This document shows positions 59,085 through 64,000 of a DNA stretch of 64,000 bases, piece after piece. The first letter of the stretch is position 1. The number at the start of each line of letters is the position of its first letter. Position numbers and translations under genes: made by a program. This DNA is from Marsupella aquatica (lineage: Eukaryota; Plantae; Marchantiophyta). Location: the NCBI GenBank assembly GCA_973895155.1, contig OZ316893.1, positions 15,840,645 through 15,904,644 on the forward strand, in the 5' to 3' direction. The notes under the pieces were generated by a model. The model saw nothing but the letters and a program-made list of their open reading frames with translations. It ran no database searches and was not told the origin of the DNA.

Positions 59085-62000
59085 CTCCAATTCTTATCGA
59101 TGGTTGTTTCTGGTGCAGGAGAGAGTATGGAACTGGAGGGAACAAACGAAAGCACAGAACTGAGGGAGGCAAGGCAACCAGTGGAGAGAAGTACAAACAA
59201 GGGGTTTAGAGGGAAGCGGTGCCTGATATGGAGACGAAAGAGGAAAATGAGGCAACGCCTATGCAAAGAGCGGTAGAGACTACTGGGAGGGAAAGAATGG
59301 GGACCTCCTCGAGCGGACGTGCAAGAATCTAGAGGATGGACTGAGAAGGGGAACAAGGGTCGATTTGCACAACATGTTGAATCTGATGTACATTGCCTCC
59401 TAGAATGTTGGTGGGCTATGTGAGCCCAACAAAAGAATAGTAGTAAAAAACTGGATCGAATCCTGAAAAGAGAGAGTTGATATTCTGGCTTTACAAGAAA
59501 TAAAAGCTAATCAATTTTGGCTAGACATTGCCCTCCGAGCGATTCTGCCTTCTTACCAATTCCTAACATCAGCACCAGACGAGGGTTGCGGAGGGTCGGC
59601 ACTGCTATTATACCCGGATCTGAAAATACTAGAATCTAGGGTAGTTGACTTGGGAAGAGCGGTGTGGGCTCGGATTGTTACAGAGGGATGCACTTTTGGT
59701 ATTGTCAGCGTGTATGCACCCAATATCCCCCGACTACGTGCTGGCTTGTGGAATGAGCTTAAGGCTTGCCTCCCCCAAGGTAATTGGGTTATTGGTGGAG
59801 ATTTCAACATGACGGAACTGACAGAAGACTCTACAGGTATCTCACCTCTAATACGAGGAGGCGAAGCAGAGCTATGGAGATTCTTGAAAGTCCGGCTTGA
59901 CCTGGCCAATGCTTTCTTAATCAAAGGTGCTACCTCTGGAGCATGATTTACTTGGCGTCACTGCAGGAAGAATGTAACTGTGCAGTCAAGACTTGACAGG
60001 TTTTACATTAGTGAGAAGGGGGAGTGGCTAGGGGAATTGATGGAATTGACTATGATGGAGGCTTGGCTCTCTTTGATCACAATCCGGTGCTCTTATACAT
60101 TCAACTTGGGGATCTGGACAGTGGTACCTCGCTAGCCAGGGCGGTGTGGTTTAAGGCCATTCCAGCGGTGTTACGGAATAGGGGATAATTATATGGAAGA
60201 GCTCGGAGCAGTCTGGAAGCGTGGAAAAGGGGAATGCTCTTAACCTTTGCTTGCATTTGATAAGGCCAATTTGAGTATGAGGAGGATGTACAGGGTTAAG
60301 CAAAACTCCCCTAAAGATAGAGCAGAAGAAATGCTATTGCTGCAAAACCAACTCCGGGCACTCAAACTAGCTTTATTAGAAAAACATTCAGAAGCATACT
60401 TCAGTTGGGTGAATCTATATGCATGGAGGATCAGCTGCATGCGGCGGAATTGGAAGAAGCACACATTGGGAGGCGACTAGCCCGTATTAAGTGGCTGGGA
60501 GAAGGTGACGAGCCGACCAAATTTTATTTTGCAATAGTGAAAGCTAAACGAAGCAGAGAATTGATGAAATTGCTGATCATTGACGCAGGGATAGAGATCA
60601 CAGATCCAAGGTTGATTCTTAACAAAGTGGTCAAGCAGTATAAGCTACTTTATGCTCCTGCTGAACCACCTGCAGTAGAGCGTAGGGAGGCATTGCGAGC
60701 TAGGAGCGCGTTGCTGATGCATACAGTTAGACATACGCTATCGACTGCAGATTTAATAAAGATAGAAAAGCTTCCGGATTGCAAGGAAATCAAGGAGACT
60801 CTATGGATGCTGCCGCCAGATAAGACATCTGGTCTGGATGGGATGACTGTGGAGGTCTACAAAGCATGTTGGGAGAGGACGTGACTGCAATGATACAGGT
60901 GTTCTGGTTGATTGGAAAACTGGCCGCTGGAGTAAAAGATGGGATCATTAAATTTATCCCTAAGAAACCAGATAAACGGTTCTTTAAGGAATGGTGCCCT
61001 CTTAGTATGTTGAATACAATCTACAAACTCATAGCTAAGATCATAGCTACCCGATTGAAGCTAATACTACCCAAGATGATAAATGCGCAACAGACAGGGT
61101 TTATCCCTGGTAGAAATATTTTGGAAAACATATCTCTCACTTGGTTAACCTGTGACTGGGTGAAGAATAGGAAACAGGAAATGCTATTTCTCAAGCTGGA
61201 TTTTGAGAAAGCGTTTGACAGAGTAAACCATGATTACATGTGGGAGATGATGCATTTGTTGGGGATTAGTAGCCATTTTATTAAGTTGGTTAAAGCGCTA
61301 CTGACCGATGCCAACTCAAGAGTACTGGTAAATGGTCTGCTCTCAGAAACCATTGGACTGAACCGAGGGGTACAACAAGGTTGTCCACTATCTCCATTGC
61401 TTTTTGTGATATCAACCCAACTACTAATGGACCTGATGGATGCAGAATTAGCAGCAGGGAGATTACTAGGGATCAAGATCCCAGAGGAATTAACTATTTG
61501 TTATAGACTCTTTGCAGATGACCTCGGAATGTTTATCCCTGCAACAGAGAGAAGCTTTCACATGGCGAGGACAATGCTGAATTGCTATGAAACAGCAATG
61601 GGAGCTAGACTTAACTTGAAAAAAATTGGTGGTGATCCCATTAGTGTTAATTGCTATTCCACGTTGGCTGACCAATACAGGCTACGTGGTCAACAAAAAA
61701 AGAGATCCTTGGGTGCCCCTTTGGGTGTGGATTTGAGAACAGATCAACTGCACAGGTTTGTGCTGGATAAGATTGGAGCATGCACGGCTCTCATCTTGGG
61801 CTAACAAAATGTTATCATTCTCTGGACGGATCTTGCTAGTTTGTCATGTACTTTAGGCCATTCCAATTTATCACTACATATTTCTAAAAGCATCAGAAGG
61901 GCTGGCTAAGAAGCTGATAGCGCTTTGCAAGGATTTCTGTGGGGTTACAACTTTGAGGGAGGGAAATGGGTGCCTCTTGTGTCATGGGCTAGGATGGCTA

Positions 62001-63196
62001 GACATAGAGTAGAAGGAGGACTGGGACTCAAGGACTTTTGTTGCCATTCAGATGCTCTATTATCCAAGTGGTTTACTGGGGCATTAGACTCCCCCAACAT
62101 TGAATGGGCAAGACTTTTTGCTAAGAATTTGAGTCTTGTGGGATGGGTAAACTTTAAGACAATTCGTAGGAATCACTACTCGTTCCAAGACAAAATGTTG
62201 TTATGTTGTCCTTGTTTGTTTAATGGATTAGCATACACTGGTGGACTATGGAAAGCATGGATTCAACTCCAGGCACACTTTATTTTTTTCCGACTACTTA
62301 TATGCCCAGGAGATGGACGGTAAATGATACTCTCCAATGCATTAAGGACCTACAGGCGTGGCCAAATGAGGATTACGCGGTGGTCACGGTACTGTGTGGA
62401 AGGATGGGAATTTGCTGCATTCAAGACCTGTAGTCCAGGGAATCACACGATTGGCACAACATGGCTGACAAAATTTAGCAACTGAGAGGGTTCACTCGAA
62501 GAGAGAAGGATTGTTGTAGAGGTTTTTTTGGGAAGATGAGAGAAATTGCAGGTCGTAGCAAGGATTTTGTGCCTGGATCTTGTTGCTGGTGTTGGGCAGA
62601 CCGTTTGAAGGCCCTAAAATCCTTTAAGATCAACAATCGGAGAGCTTATATTCTTTTGGGCCCTTTGATAGGGGATCATGACAAGCTAAATTGTACCTGA
62701 GGCAATAACAAACCATAAACGGAATGGAACTCCAATTGGGCCGGTCTGTGGTGTTCAGACCTTTCCTCTCATGCCAAGACGTTAATTTGGAGGATACTGG
62801 CATCCGGGCGAGATAGGTAACATCATCAGTATTTAGTGACTGATAACTGATATCAGTCACTGATATCAGTGAAGGGTCCATAGTGAGGGGATGTGGGCGA
62901 GGTCTCTGACATTGGCAAGGATATGTCGGCGTACTCACCAACATCGTAAAATCATTCAAGCGGACCCAATATGTCCTTTCCTTACACATTAATGCGACCA
63001 AATTAGAATGTCAGCGAGACCTCCGACTTGATCTTTACTATAATTTTTTTGGAAACTTCATACATTGTCTCTCCTTGGTGGGTTAGACGCTACGCTTGGC
63101 TGTTTCGTGTTGGGAAAAGATCTCGGCGAGGGTCGCCAACTTCACAAAGTTGCGTGCTCAAAACTAAGCTGCCTGCTCAAAACCGCAAAATGTGTC

Positions 63197-63483
63197 AGAG
63201 ACCCTCACCGAGTGTTGCATGTCATTGGCGATCTGACGTATGTCCAGCAATCTGACGTACGCCAGCATATCTCGGAGAAGGCCACCAAGATCTGGCCAAG
63301 AATCATCTCAGAGACCCTCGTCAAGTTTTGCATGTCGGTGAGGTGGTCGACATTGGCGATCTGATGTACATCTAGCGATTTGATGTACGCCAGTATATCT
63401 AGGAGAAGGCCGCCGAGATCTGACCAAGATTCATCTCAGAGACCCAAGCTGAGTTCTGCATGTCGGCGAGGTAGCCGACATTG
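63197..63483. repeat. About 112-129 bp imperfect tandem repeats (2.3 units)
   Basis: Units resembling AGAGACCC...TGCATGTC...CATTGGCGATCTGA...GGAGAAGGCC...CATCTC start at about 63198, 63310 and 63438. Confidence 0.75.
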
Positions 63484-64000
63484 AAAAAACACCGTGCCAA
63501 ACATGTTTGTCGTGCAAATGTCAAGTAATTTATTAATCACAAACTCGTACAAAATTTGTCCATGTTACAAAATCTGAACCAAAACTACCAAGGGTGAGGA
63601 TAAATTCTTCTAAACTAAACCTAAACCAACAATGGCGGCCGACCTAAACCCTAAATGATCAAATGTCATCACTATGAAGCACGTACCCACTATCGGGATT
63701 GTTACTCTCCCAACTCGCTACATTGTCACACCACAACAATGTGTGTAGCCTGTTCTCCACCCATAGCTTGACCCTTCCAAGCTCATCCTCATCAAGAAAT
63801 TGTCATATAGATCCCTCTCATATCTCTCTGTCCTCCAAACATAATATGCCACACAAGACTTCAATGATATAGGTGACATCATTTCGAGGGCATCAATAGG
63901 AGGAATTTGACGCAAGAGGACTCGAAATGTGGACGCAGTTGAGTGTCGAGTCCAATGTCAATTTTCAGATATGTTTTCAACAATGTTCAACAACACTTTT

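Larger units (their letters stand above)
55690..62810 (+). mobile_element. Decayed L1-clade LINE (ORF1 DUF4283/zinc knuckle; ORF2 APE endonuclease and RT)
   Basis: ORF1 reads FTFPWEPSFD..VWIELPF and CFKCNKKVHVACNC. ORF2 reads IAS(W)NVGGL..ILALQEIK, SVYAPN, IGGDFN, SRLDRFY, LKLDFEKAFDRV, GVQQGCPLSPLLF, LFADD and GGLGLKD. It has many stops, and its ends are approximate. Confidence 0.9.

Noticed and set aside
63600-63660. CCTAAACCCTAAA as a telomeric array
   Set aside because: Only one or two units; telobox-like at most.
63718-63915. Minus-strand ORF at the right edge
   Set aside because: No recognisable motif and probably frameshifted; it cannot be assigned within this window.

Overview
This is eukaryotic, plant-type DNA (GT-AG introns, plant TE lineages; bryophyte-like by inference) made almost entirely of nested transposons, with no intact host gene. 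The outermost layer is a large Mutator-like (MULE) region (<1-55134). It holds two divergent GCM/DDE/SWIM-type transposase paralogues and a decayed multi-exon gene that joins a ParB-like N-terminal domain to a prokaryotic-type amino (N4C/N6A) DNA methyltransferase domain. About 22 copies of a 15-bp palindrome, TAGCGCCWGGCGCTA, lie almost all in the introns and intergenic DNA of this region and its relatives. Nested inside are two 4-5 kb T(G/A)...CA elements with 4-bp TSDs and PMD-like/coiled-coil ORFs, and a chromodomain Ty3/Gypsy element (12970-46143, plus a solo LTR at 5626-7089) with non-canonical AGT...ACT termini. A 24.5-kb CACTA element (17261-41754) splits the Gypsy RT. It has an intact transposase, intact cargo ORFs (an EDM2-like composite PHD, a tandem Pol-lambda-like BRCT protein, a Cys/His-rich ORF) and a captured RPL18a exon. 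A very young Bianca-type Copia (31841-37711) sits in a CACTA intron. The right end holds a decayed L1-like LINE interrupted by a solo LTR and a 351-bp non-TIR MULE derivative. All protein assignments come from motif recognition by eye, not database searches.
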